From a virus (Duplodnaviria; Caudoviricetes): 58,793 nucleotides of DNA. The notes beneath the pieces are model-generated. The model searched no databases, had not been told where the DNA came from, and saw only the letters and a list, made by a program, of their open reading frames with translations. The translations under genes were made by a program, and so were the position numbers. Positions 1 through 8,018 of the stretch are shown one piece after another; within the stretch, counting starts at the first letter, position 1, and the number at the start of each line of letters is the position of its first letter. Location of the stretch: IMG/VR virus record IMGVR_UViG_3300017786_003035, positions 1 through 58,793 of that record; one strand, written 5' to 3'.

Positions 1-138
1 AATAGTGGGCCAACTGTTGTGAGCTTCACCTAACCAACCCCCTAGGTTATTATACCAATCGGGTCTTGCCTTACTCATAGGAGTAGGCGGAAAGTATTTC
101 TCTACGTGTGGGTCGCCTGTGATAAATTTAATCTTCAT
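1..138 (-). CDS. Hypothetical protein (partial, runs off window start); paralog of 135..806
   Basis: Read by hand: ATG at 138 overlaps the TGA of the upstream gene (ATGA). Translation MKIKFITGDPHVEKYFPPTPMSKARPDWYNNLGGWLGEAHNSWPTI aligns with the N-terminus of the neighbour (P.P...P.WY.NL...P.I). Confidence 0.7.
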   Translation of the reverse strand, partial: MKIKFITGDPHVEKYFPPTPMSKARPDWYNNLGGWLGEAHNSWPTI

Positions 139-806
139 TTGAATCTTTTCTTATAGTGCATAGTTTTAGCATAACCATCTGCTTGTGCGTTACATATTGT
201 ATCTTGTTTCATTACACTAGTATCTATCTCTACATCCATGTTCCACTCTTCTCTTCTGAAAGGTATTATTTGTGCTACAGGTTCTCCTGCTCGAATAGTA
301 AAGTTATCAGCAAACAACTTAGCAGGCCAATTATGCCACGGAACGTCTATCACATCTGTATCTATAATTGCTGTCATTACTTCGAATCGATCTTCACTAT
401 GATAGTAAGGCTTTTGTATTAAACAACTATAGCCCGGGGGTGTTTTAATTTGCCAAGGTACACTGATTACCATATAGTCTTTCGGCTCGCCGATTGGACA
501 TTGAATATGCGGGTGTCCTTCTTGTTCGTTAAACTCGTTCCATCCTTGTGGGTATCGTCTATCAAATCCTATCGTACCCTGTCCAAAGTTTGGTTGTGCT
601 GTTATTTCTTGATCAACAGCGTTAAACATAATATAGCCTGTATTCATTACATCAAACACAGGCATACACTTTTTAATACTTGGAAATGTTTTTTCTTCGT
701 CTACGTATGTGTCTAAGTTAGAATACCAGTTGGGCTTAAATGTACTTGCCGGTACAGGAGCATATTGTGATGCTTCTTCTTTGCCACATACAAATGTAAT
801 GTTCAT
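135..806 (-). CDS. Conserved phage hypothetical protein (DUF6065-like, dUTPase-like beta fold)
   Basis: Start moved to ATG 806 (ATGA overlap with upstream stop). Motifs IKKCMPVFD..TGY, PWQIKTPPGYS, IIDTD, GEPVAQIIPFRRE. Confidence 0.55.
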   Translation of the reverse strand: MNITFVCGKEEASQYAPVPASTFKPNWYSNLDTYVDEEKTFPSIKKCMPVFDVMNTGYIMFNAVDQEITAQPNFGQGTIGFDRRYPQGWNEFNEQEGHPHIQCPIGEPKDYMVISVPWQIKTPPGYSCLIQKPYYHSEDRFEVMTAIIDTDVIDVPWHNWPAKLFADNFTIRAGEPVAQIIPFRREEWNMDVEIDTSVMKQDTICNAQADGYAKTMHYKKRFK

Positions 807-1567
807 AGTACAGTTGATGGGCCTTTGACCTCTCTTATAGTAGACCAAACATGTGCTGAATAACCTTTACCGTTAGTGTCACCGCCTTGGTTATCTAAAT
901 CAACACCATCGTATTCCATACCGTCAACAATGTCTTCACCATTAGGATATTCATTACAATAAACTTTTAGTTTCTTAAGATCAAAATCTCCTACTGTTTC
1001 AATTATAGCATCAAAGAATGTACCTTTTTCAGCTGAGTACATTTGTACAACATAATCACCTTGGTCTTTATAATTATAACCTTCGCCACTATCTGTTAGT
1101 TCTAACTCGTAGTTAGATTCTTCTTCAAGTTTATTAATATTATCTGATAAGTTGTCATCTTCGAATTCAATACTACGAACATGTTTAGAACCATATTCAG
1201 GACCGTCAACTTCTTCTACGTCAATACGAGCGTTACCATACTCTACACCGTTTTGATGACAGTACTCAGTTGGTGATTCATACCACGTTGATTTGTAGTC
1301 ATCCTTACCGTAACTTGTTAGAAAGTCTGCTTCCTTTGGAATTTCTTTTATATCCTCATACTCAGCATCTTCTTCTTCCTCGTTAATAAGATATGTTACA
1401 AGATCATTATCATAATGTTCTTCGGTATGTGTATTCCAAAAGTCAAATGCTTCTTTAGTTAAGTTCATGTATGCGGCTTCGCCTCCATACCCCCAAAGGG
1501 AAATTCGATAAAAGCGTGGACCTTTGAGTGTTTCTACTAATTCTGTTTTTTCTTCTGAGGTGGCCAT
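803..1567 (-). CDS. Acidic hypothetical protein
   Basis: 254-aa ORF with AGGAG SD, very D/E-rich, no recognised motif. Confidence 0.65.
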   Translation of the reverse strand: MATSEEKTELVETLKGPRFYRISLWGYGGEAAYMNLTKEAFDFWNTHTEEHYDNDLVTYLINEEEEDAEYEDIKEIPKEADFLTSYGKDDYKSTWYESPTEYCHQNGVEYGNARIDVEEVDGPEYGSKHVRSIEFEDDNLSDNINKLEEESNYELELTDSGEGYNYKDQGDYVVQMYSAEKGTFFDAIIETVGDFDLKKLKVYCNEYPNGEDIVDGMEYDGVDLDNQGGDTNGKGYSAHVWSTIREVKGPSTVL

Positions 1568-1582
1568 GTTAGCTCCTTTGTG

Positions 1583-2005
1583 TTAAAGTGTATATTCAAA
1601 ATTTTGACAATCGGTGTACTTGCCAATTAGTTTAGCACCATTTCGTAAATGAAATCGTTCTGCCATTTCTGTTAGCGGACTGAGTGTTACTATCCTACTA
1701 ATATTTTCTACATCTGCCGCGGAACGTAATTCGTTAATAATTGTTCTACCTGATCCTTTACTATAACTCCATACTGTATACGCAACTAGTATATCGCCTG
1801 TTGGACTTGTAAATTCTTTTAATTGCTGTTCATTAGTAGGAACTTCTGTACACAATGCTGTACATATAATTGCCTTTACTTGATTTTCTTCTTCTAGTAC
1901 ATTGACTACACATCCTGTCCTAGTTCTGTCAGCATAAGAAATATGAGGACGAACAGGATCGTCTTTTAGTAAGTGTTGTTCTGCTTCAAGTAATGTTCTA
2001 ATCAA
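1583..2005 (-). CDS. GNAT-fold protein resembling the malonyl-CoA decarboxylase catalytic domain
   Basis: YTVWSYSKGSGRTII (acyl-CoA-binding loop-like), VTLSP, and FHLRNGA motifs. Confidence 0.45.
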   Translation of the reverse strand: MIRTLLEAEQHLLKDDPVRPHISYADRTRTGCVVNVLEEENQVKAIICTALCTEVPTNEQQLKEFTSPTGDILVAYTVWSYSKGSGRTIINELRSAADVENISRIVTLSPLTEMAERFHLRNGAKLIGKYTDCQNFEYTL

Positions 2006-3450
2006 TCATCGTCTCCTGGTAAGTTAGCTAAAAATGATCTTAGTTTAGTAGAGTCTGCCTCTGCTTTAACTTTTCCAATACCAGAACCTTGACTAGGATC
2101 TGCGTTTGGATCTGGTGTTGTTCCTCCACCACGTTTAATGCTATTCAAAATACTACTGCCTCCGCCTTGTGGTGCGTTACTATAGCTGTCATCATCTTCA
2201 TCACAATCACTAATACGTAATGTGTCTAAGTCAAATTCTAAATCAATCTTTTGTCCTACACCACCCGAGTTACGTGTCTTCATTAACTGTAGTTGATAGC
2301 GTCCACGTTCACGCATTGCTCTACTTGTAAAGATACCAAACACGTTATCTGCTGTCTGGATCTTACTAAGTCCACCACTGATGTGCGAGTGATCAAATTC
2401 AATTTCTTCTACAGCACCTCTGTTCAACTGTGCCGCTGTAACAAACACTGTGTTCAATTCCATTGCTAGGTTACGTAGTTCTTCACTTACGTACTTGTCT
2501 TTGATAAACAAGTTCTCAGCACTTACCTTTGTGCTTGCTGGCATCAACAAGTCCAAGTAGTCAATCAATAGTACGTCTACTCTAGTACCTGTTTTAATTT
2601 CATATTCTTTAATGTAACTGCGTACATCATTTGCTGTCTTACCACTAGGCATATACTTGACTTGAAACTTACCTGACTTCTTGCCAATCATCTTAACTTT
2701 CATTTCAACGTCATCAATGTTCTTAAACACATCACGACTTGGAATGCCTGTTACCATACTATCAACACGCATACTAACTAGTGCTTCACTAAGTTCTAGT
2801 GTTAAGTAAATTACGTTAAGACCTTTCTCAGCCATGTTAACACCAATGTTAGCCAAGAACAAACTCTTACCTGCTCCTGATCCACCTGCGAATATATTCA
2901 GTTCACCTCTATTGAATCCACCAAACAGTTTCTTATCAATTGCTCCCCAACCTGTACTTACTTGTCCATTAGTACTCTTAATACCTTCTAGTCTTGCTCT
3001 AGGATCAGCAAAGTAATTTGTACCCAAGTCTTTTTGTAGACCAATCTGTACAGCCTTCTTTACTATGTCTTCGCACTGTCCATACTCACCCTTTTCAAGT
3101 AAGTCAGCACTCTTAAGGATTGCGGCCTCTAGTGCTTTGTGTTTACTAAATGTTTCAAACTCTGCTAGTAACCAATCATAGTGACTTTCGTTTAGTTCAC
3201 CTGTGTGCTTTAATACATTATCACCGTGTAGCTCACTTGCCGCATTGATCATATCAAGTGTAGGCAATGTATTAAACTCTGTAACATAGTTACTTAAAAA
3301 CTCTGCCGCCGGCTTTAGTCTTCTATCAAAACTATTTGGATCAAACACAGCCTGACACCTAACAAAACTCTCTGCGTCTTGTAGCATCATTTCTAGATAC
3401 ACTTTTTGTATATCATATCCGTAGTCTGTATTTTGTCTAGTTTCGTTCAT
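2002..3450 (-). CDS. 41: DnaB-like replicative helicase (T4 gp41-like)
   Basis: Walker A AGGSGAGKS, TLELSE, LLIDYLD (Walker B), TAAQLNR, KTRN. Confidence 0.93.
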   Translation of the reverse strand: MNETRQNTDYGYDIQKVYLEMMLQDAESFVRCQAVFDPNSFDRRLKPAAEFLSNYVTEFNTLPTLDMINAASELHGDNVLKHTGELNESHYDWLLAEFETFSKHKALEAAILKSADLLEKGEYGQCEDIVKKAVQIGLQKDLGTNYFADPRARLEGIKSTNGQVSTGWGAIDKKLFGGFNRGELNIFAGGSGAGKSLFLANIGVNMAEKGLNVIYLTLELSEALVSMRVDSMVTGIPSRDVFKNIDDVEMKVKMIGKKSGKFQVKYMPSGKTANDVRSYIKEYEIKTGTRVDVLLIDYLDLLMPASTKVSAENLFIKDKYVSEELRNLAMELNTVFVTAAQLNRGAVEEIEFDHSHISGGLSKIQTADNVFGIFTSRAMRERGRYQLQLMKTRNSGGVGQKIDLEFDLDTLRISDCDEDDDSYSNAPQGGGSSILNSIKRGGGTTPDPNADPSQGSGIGKVKAEADSTKLRSFLANLPGDDD

Positions 3451-3598
3451 AAATTATCTTCTCTAATTCTTTTAATATCTCTGTATAATCTAACACAGCT
3501 TTTAGTTTTTCCTCTTGTGTTGTATCACCTTCTACAACTTCCATCATTAACGGAAATTGTTCTGTAAGCCTTTTGTTTATTATACGCTCTGATACCAC
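3437..3598 (-). CDS. Small hypothetical protein (53 aa)
   Basis: Read by hand: GTG start, MVSERIINKRLTEQFPLMMEVVEGDTTQEEKLKAVLDYTEILKELEKIIYERN*. Fills the gap and overlaps both neighbours. Confidence 0.55.
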   Translation of the reverse strand: MVSERIINKRLTEQFPLMMEVVEGDTTQEEKLKAVLDYTEILKELEKIIYERN

Positions 3599-4557
3599 TG
3601 TTTGTCAACCTTTATTTTGGTTTGTGTTTTGGCTAATACAGCACCTATACAACTACCTGGATCACCCGGATTCTTTGGTACATACACACTATTCCATTGA
3701 TTCTGTATCTTGTCAACAGCATCTTTATTAAGTGCGCCACCGCCTGCTAGTGCTATGTGCTTTGCTCCTGTTCGTACTTTTGCCCAAATACTAAGAACGT
3801 TTACAGCGTATTCAAATATTGCTTGTGTAGCCTCCGCTATATCATACATGTCTTGTTTTGTATGTAATTCTTTTCTCCACCACATACATCCACGATGTAA
3901 GTTATGCTTCATCTTAATATGTTGCGGATTATTTCTTGTATGATCAACATCTATTAATTCTTTACGTATTATATGAGCTAGGCGTTTAGCATTACCTTTC
4001 TTTGCCCATTGTGCTACTAAGTATTCGTCACGTTGAGGAACTAGCCCCATACGTTGTGTCATAGCACTATAAAACAATCCTAAACTGTGTGGATAACTTT
4101 GACTGTGTATCTTGTTTAATCTATTGTCCTTACCGTGCCACACTGTTAATGTTTCAAACTCTCCAATGCTATCTAAACATACTACAGCACAATCATCATG
4201 AGGCTGTGTGTAATAAGCATAGGCCGCATGTGATAAGTGATGTTGTGTGTATTCAATTTTACAAGATATATTCCATTGCGAGAGATATGATCTAATATTG
4301 TTTTCTTTATACAACCAACCTTGACCAGCACGCCATTGTCTAAATGTTTTAAGCAACGGACGTTCATACCAAACAACTTTATTAGGCCTAGGTAACTGTT
4401 CTGTAATTGTAACATGCTGTAGCATCTCCCAATTAAAGTCAGGGTCATTAGAAATCTTAGAAAAGTCTTTCGATTGTCCTGCCCACAATAGTTCGTTATT
4501 ATCAAAGACTGCTAAACTAGCATCATGACTGTTGCCAACCATTCCCCATTTAATCAT
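3580..4557 (-). CDS. Carbamoyltransferase NodU/CmcH family, N-terminal (Kae1-like) domain only
   Basis: HDASLA, HHLSHAAYAY, DSIGEFET, PHSLGLFYS, LAGGGALN, GDPGSCIGA. The ORF stops before the C-terminal YrdC-like domain. Start moved to ATG 4557. Confidence 0.85.
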   Translation of the reverse strand: MIKWGMVGNSHDASLAVFDNNELLWAGQSKDFSKISNDPDFNWEMLQHVTITEQLPRPNKVVWYERPLLKTFRQWRAGQGWLYKENNIRSYLSQWNISCKIEYTQHHLSHAAYAYYTQPHDDCAVVCLDSIGEFETLTVWHGKDNRLNKIHSQSYPHSLGLFYSAMTQRMGLVPQRDEYLVAQWAKKGNAKRLAHIIRKELIDVDHTRNNPQHIKMKHNLHRGCMWWRKELHTKQDMYDIAEATQAIFEYAVNVLSIWAKVRTGAKHIALAGGGALNKDAVDKIQNQWNSVYVPKNPGDPGSCIGAVLAKTQTKIKVDKQWYQSV

Positions 4558-4771
4558 TAAATTTTGTCCATAGTTTATGTAATACGTAAAACCAAACACC
4601 ATTGATTGCCGGCTCAATTAAAGCAACTGTTCCTGCTTCCCATAGACTTGCTCCGGTCATTATACTAACAACAGCCATAGAAATTACAATATGACCTAAT
4701 GTATAAATCAATGCTAGTGTAAGGCTGTTGTTTTTAAATATGCTACCTATGCCTTTTGTAAATTCAGTCAT
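4550..4771 (-). CDS. Small membrane protein, DUF2061-like
   Basis: Two hydrophobic segments ending in FYVLHKLW; AGGAG SD upstream. Confidence 0.6.
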   Translation of the reverse strand: MTEFTKGIGSIFKNNSLTLALIYTLGHIVISMAVVSIMTGASLWEAGTVALIEPAINGVWFYVLHKLWTKFND

Positions 4772-4786
4772 CAACAGTTAGTTCTC

Positions 4787-4909
4787 CTATTTGTAAATAA
4801 ACGGGTCACGTTTTTGTAATTCTTTAATTTTTTTCTTTAACGCTTTTTTGCGTTTATAATTTGTATAGGGACTTTTTATTTTTTCCCAAAGTTCTTTTAA
4901 CCAAACCAT
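4787..4909 (-). CDS. Small basic peptide (40 aa) ending in RDPFIYK
   Basis: Read by hand: MVWLKELWEKIKSPYTNYKRKKALKKKIKELQKRDPFIYK*. Fills the gap between primase and the DUF2061-like gene. Confidence 0.6.
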   Translation of the reverse strand: MVWLKELWEKIKSPYTNYKRKKALKKKIKELQKRDPFIYK

Positions 4910-5877
4910 TTCTTTGCTCTCAACCTTATTTTTAACGGAGACGATTCACTGTTTACAGCGATACTATGTAAAGTATACAATCTTCCATACATACCTACAG
5001 CATCTCCTATGTCATTAATACTATCATTCCAATCTGGCATCGATACGTGCCATCCTAGTTCAATAGCCTGTTCTACTAACTTACTACCTGCGTCATCTCT
5101 GTCAGGAACTACTATTACATCTTTACTTAACCGATTGATGAGTAGTGCCTGTTGATCTTTGATTTCGCTACCTAGTAATGCTACTCCGTCGATATGTAAA
5201 GCATCAACTGGTCCTTCGCACACGATAGTAAAGATCTTATTATGACCTTGCTCATCTAATCCGTATACAAAGCCAGGCTGTTGCTCACTCATATATTTAG
5301 GTTGTTTGTCTGCTACTGTTCTAGCAGTCCAACCAACAATACGTTTTTCATAATAAAAAGGAATTATAAGTCTATCACGATATCCTAAACTAGGTGACCA
5401 GTAGTAATTAGTGTCGTCTAAGTTCATTCCACGCTTAGCCATATACTCAAGAACTGCTACACTATACTTGTTGAATTCTGTTATGTCCGCAATTTTAATA
5501 GCATCATCTGGAAGTGGTACATCATTAAATTTAGGTATGTCTAGTATTTGTTTCTTAACAAAGTCATTCTCTTGCTCTGCCATAACCTGTAGTGCCAGTT
5601 TGTTAATAATGTCATCAGGACAATTTAACCATTGTAATAGCTTACGCATTTTATGACTTAGGTTTCTGCCCTTTTGCCAACTTGCTTTGTAACCACAGTT
5701 GAAACAATGATAACTTACTCCACCTTCGCCGTTAGATATTAATCCACCACGCTGTCTTGTGTCAGCACTATCACCATTATGAATACAACAGGGAGCGTTA
5801 AAACTAGTCCATCCGCTAGGAGTAGTCTTGCGCTTAGGAGGCAAGTGTGCCGTTACTATGTCAAATACACTATTCAT
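4897..5877 (-). CDS. 61: DNA primase (T4 gp61-like)
   Basis: Zn-binding PCC...YHCFNCG, RLIIPF, GWTAR, KY, TOPRIM EGPVDA, PDRDDAG, NDIGD. Confidence 0.92.
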   Translation of the reverse strand: MNSVFDIVTAHLPPKRKTTPSGWTSFNAPCCIHNGDSADTRQRGGLISNGEGGVSYHCFNCGYKASWQKGRNLSHKMRKLLQWLNCPDDIINKLALQVMAEQENDFVKKQILDIPKFNDVPLPDDAIKIADITEFNKYSVAVLEYMAKRGMNLDDTNYYWSPSLGYRDRLIIPFYYEKRIVGWTARTVADKQPKYMSEQQPGFVYGLDEQGHNKIFTIVCEGPVDALHIDGVALLGSEIKDQQALLINRLSKDVIVVPDRDDAGSKLVEQAIELGWHVSMPDWNDSINDIGDAVGMYGRLYTLHSIAVNSESSPLKIRLRAKKWFG

Positions 5878-5883
5878 AATACT

Positions 5884-5912
5884 ATTATAGCATCACAACA
5901 ATGTAATGTCAA
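5884..5912 (-). promoter_or_regulatory. Sigma70-type promoter for primase (leaderless configuration)
   Basis: Perfect TTGACA-17 nt-TATAAT on the minus strand, 6 nt before the ATG at 5877. Confidence 0.8.
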
Positions 5913-5915
5913 GTG

Positions 5916-6113
5916 TTATTTTGTTAATTTAAATAAAATAAATTCTTCAGCATTTTCTGGTTGTATTGTTATAGCAGGATCACCTGACGGTGCTTGTTTG
6001 CCCACATACGTCCATTTATAGCCTTGTGCTATTTGCTCGTTACTTGTTTCAATAAATTCAGAATTGGCTGATGAGGCCATAGCCAGAAAGATGACTGTAA
6101 TTAAATTTTCCAT
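5916..6113 (-). CDS. Small hypothetical protein with N-terminal signal-like segment
   Basis: 65 aa; hydrophobic LITVIFLAMA followed by ASSANS. Confidence 0.5.
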   Translation of the reverse strand: MENLITVIFLAMASSANSEFIETSNEQIAQGYKWTYVGKQAPSGDPAITIQPENAEEFILFKLTK

Positions 6114-6127
6114 TATTGGATGCCCTT

Positions 6128-6895
6128 CTAGTTCCTTAACAGGATCTTATCGATACTACCGGTATTGGTAGAATCATCTACACGCTTAAAACGTACATGA
6201 CTAAACACGCCGTTAAAGTTAACATAAGTCGGTGTAGTTGGTGTACTCATGGTAACTGTGTCTATGTCAAACCAAGTACTAGCGGCAACATCATCTAGTG
6301 TACCTTGTACTACAACATCGCCCTTATATGTTGTAGTGTAAAACACTGCTGTATGTAAAGCAGTGTTACTATTAATTTCTGGTTGTCCATCGAATGTAGA
6401 ACTAATATTATTCATAAACGTTGTAGTTGCTTTGCTTGCTATTGGTCCTGGAAATGCTTCGTCAGTAAGTTCTATAATACCTCTAACACCAAATTGTGTA
6501 TCAGCATATGTTAATACATTACTATTATCACTTGCTTTTTCTAAGTATACTGTATAACTCATATACTGTCCATCGATATTTAATGTATCGTTATCTGTGA
6601 TATTAATTGTAAATACCCCTTTATAATTAGGTGTACTTGTTTCTTTTATTGTACCCATATATTTCTTTAATAGTGTATTGTCTTCTGTATACACTTCTAC
6701 ATACGGTGTGTATGTATTTAAAATTGATAATGGTTTATGATCGCTATTCTTTAATTCAAAAGTTATTAAATTATCAATACCTTTTGCTACTGTTATGTTT
6801 CTTTGATACACTTTTCTATACTCCTGACCCGCAACGAATCCATCTACGACTACCACGGTCTTGTTCGATACTAAATATGTAGAAGCTAGTTGCAT
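6128..6895 (-). CDS. Putative virion structural protein (beta-rich)
   Basis: 255-aa T/V/N-rich beta-type ORF, preceded by TATAAATA (6917-6924) and AAGGA SD. Confidence 0.5.
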   Translation of the reverse strand: MQLASTYLVSNKTVVVVDGFVAGQEYRKVYQRNITVAKGIDNLITFELKNSDHKPLSILNTYTPYVEVYTEDNTLLKKYMGTIKETSTPNYKGVFTINITDNDTLNIDGQYMSYTVYLEKASDNSNVLTYADTQFGVRGIIELTDEAFPGPIASKATTTFMNNISSTFDGQPEINSNTALHTAVFYTTTYKGDVVVQGTLDDVAASTWFDIDTVTMSTPTTPTYVNFNGVFSHVRFKRVDDSTNTGSIDKILLRN

Positions 6896-6916
6896 ATTAA
6901 TTAATCCTTACTAGTG

Positions 6917-6924
6917 TATTTATA
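6917..6924 (-). promoter_or_regulatory. T4-type late promoter TATAAATA
   Basis: Exact T4 late consensus upstream of 6128..6895. Confidence 0.6.
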
Positions 6925-6928
6925 GGTT

Positions 6929-7300
6929 ATGTTGAGAAAAGAAATAGAAGAAAATTTCCCTTTTTTAAGTGTTGTCACTTACGGTGGCGCAGAGTATATC
7001 GGCATCATTAATAATCAAGACAACTTCATTACAAGTATGTATGTTTATACAAACTTAAAATCTCCAGTAGATAAACAAAAATTCATTGAATTAGGCGAAG
7101 TATGGTGGTGGGAATCAAACAGGATGATTCCGATTAACATATTCCTTAATAATGATATGAATCAATTTAAGTATGTACAAATGACTATGAATAGTAAAGA
7201 TGTTAAAGTTACAATGGGTCCTACAGTGAATTTAAATAAACTTCATGTAAAGAGAGTTAAGCGTAAAAGTGTACAGCTTGTAAAAAAGCCTAAGAATTAA
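6929..7300 (+). CDS. Hypothetical protein
   Basis: 123-aa ORF, the only plus-strand gene in this block. Carries WWWESNRMIPI and a basic C-terminus; its 3' end overlaps the mini-dnaE gene convergently. Confidence 0.7.
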   Translation: MLRKEIEENFPFLSVVTYGGAEYIGIINNQDNFITSMYVYTNLKSPVDKQKFIELGEVWWWESNRMIPINIFLNNDMNQFKYVQMTMNSKDVKVTMGPTVNLNKLHVKRVKRKSVQLVKKPKN

Positions 7301-7850
7301 TTTGTTCACACAATAAATTCATGTGTACTACACACGCCATAGCGTAAGATATGGCATGTGCTTTCTTAAAATAATACTCACCGTTGGTCGGCTTTACCCA
7401 AACCTCTGATAGTATCTTTTCCCAACTTTCGTTTGCTAGGTGTCGCTTTGCTGGACGTATTATTGCCAGTGTTGCCGCCAATTGTTGTACCGAAGTAGGC
7501 TTCAATTGTTTCAATAGACTGTCGTGTCCGCTTAGATGAAATACTTTGTCGACGAAGTCTTTGTGTTCCAGTAGTTGCCATAATGGTTCCCTTTCCATAA
7601 GTTCTTGTAGATGTGCCTCGTCTCTTACATCTTTGTAAATAGACACATTTAAAAAATCTAGTTTAAAGTAACCGCGTTCTTCAGCTGTCTTGTGTTCGAT
7701 AGTAGATAAATTATCTACTGGGTTGTGTGGTATTTCTGTAGCATACACACCAGTGTTATGTTTCTTACCTGTGTTTAATTTTGCCACACGATGCTTGAGT
7801 CTACTAAGCACAATAGTTCTGTCAGCAAAGTCAATATCGATATCAGGCAT
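7290..7850 (-). CDS. dnaE: Miniature DNA polymerase III alpha (C-family) catalytic-core protein
   Basis: Ordered DnaE motifs PDIDIDF, KHNTGV, GYFKLDFL, AIIRP, FKKAHAISY compressed into 186 aa. Confidence 0.85.
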   Translation of the reverse strand: MPDIDIDFADRTIVLSRLKHRVAKLNTGKKHNTGVYATEIPHNPVDNLSTIEHKTAEERGYFKLDFLNVSIYKDVRDEAHLQELMEREPLWQLLEHKDFVDKVFHLSGHDSLLKQLKPTSVQQLAATLAIIRPAKRHLANESWEKILSEVWVKPTNGEYYFKKAHAISYAMACVVHMNLLCEQINS

Positions 7851-8018
7851 TTATATTGTCCAACTCTTTAGTTGTTCTTTAGTAGGCTTCATAGGTTCTA
7901 GTTTTTCTATTGCTCCACCTTTGGCTAGAAACTTAGCCATACGCTCATCAAGTTGTTGTTGTAATTCTTGTGGTGACGGCGTTGTATAATCTTTTGTATC
8001 CTTTTTATCTCTAATCAT
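7851..8018 (-). CDS. Small protein with SutA-like RNA-polymerase-binding motif (55 aa)
   Basis: Read by hand: MIRDKKDTKDYTTPSPQELQQQLDERMAKFLAKGGAIEKLEPMKPTKEQLKSWTI*. GGAG SD and ATGA coupling; helix followed by FLxxGGxI motif. Confidence 0.55.
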   Translation of the reverse strand: MIRDKKDTKDYTTPSPQELQQQLDERMAKFLAKGGAIEKLEPMKPTKEQLKSWTI

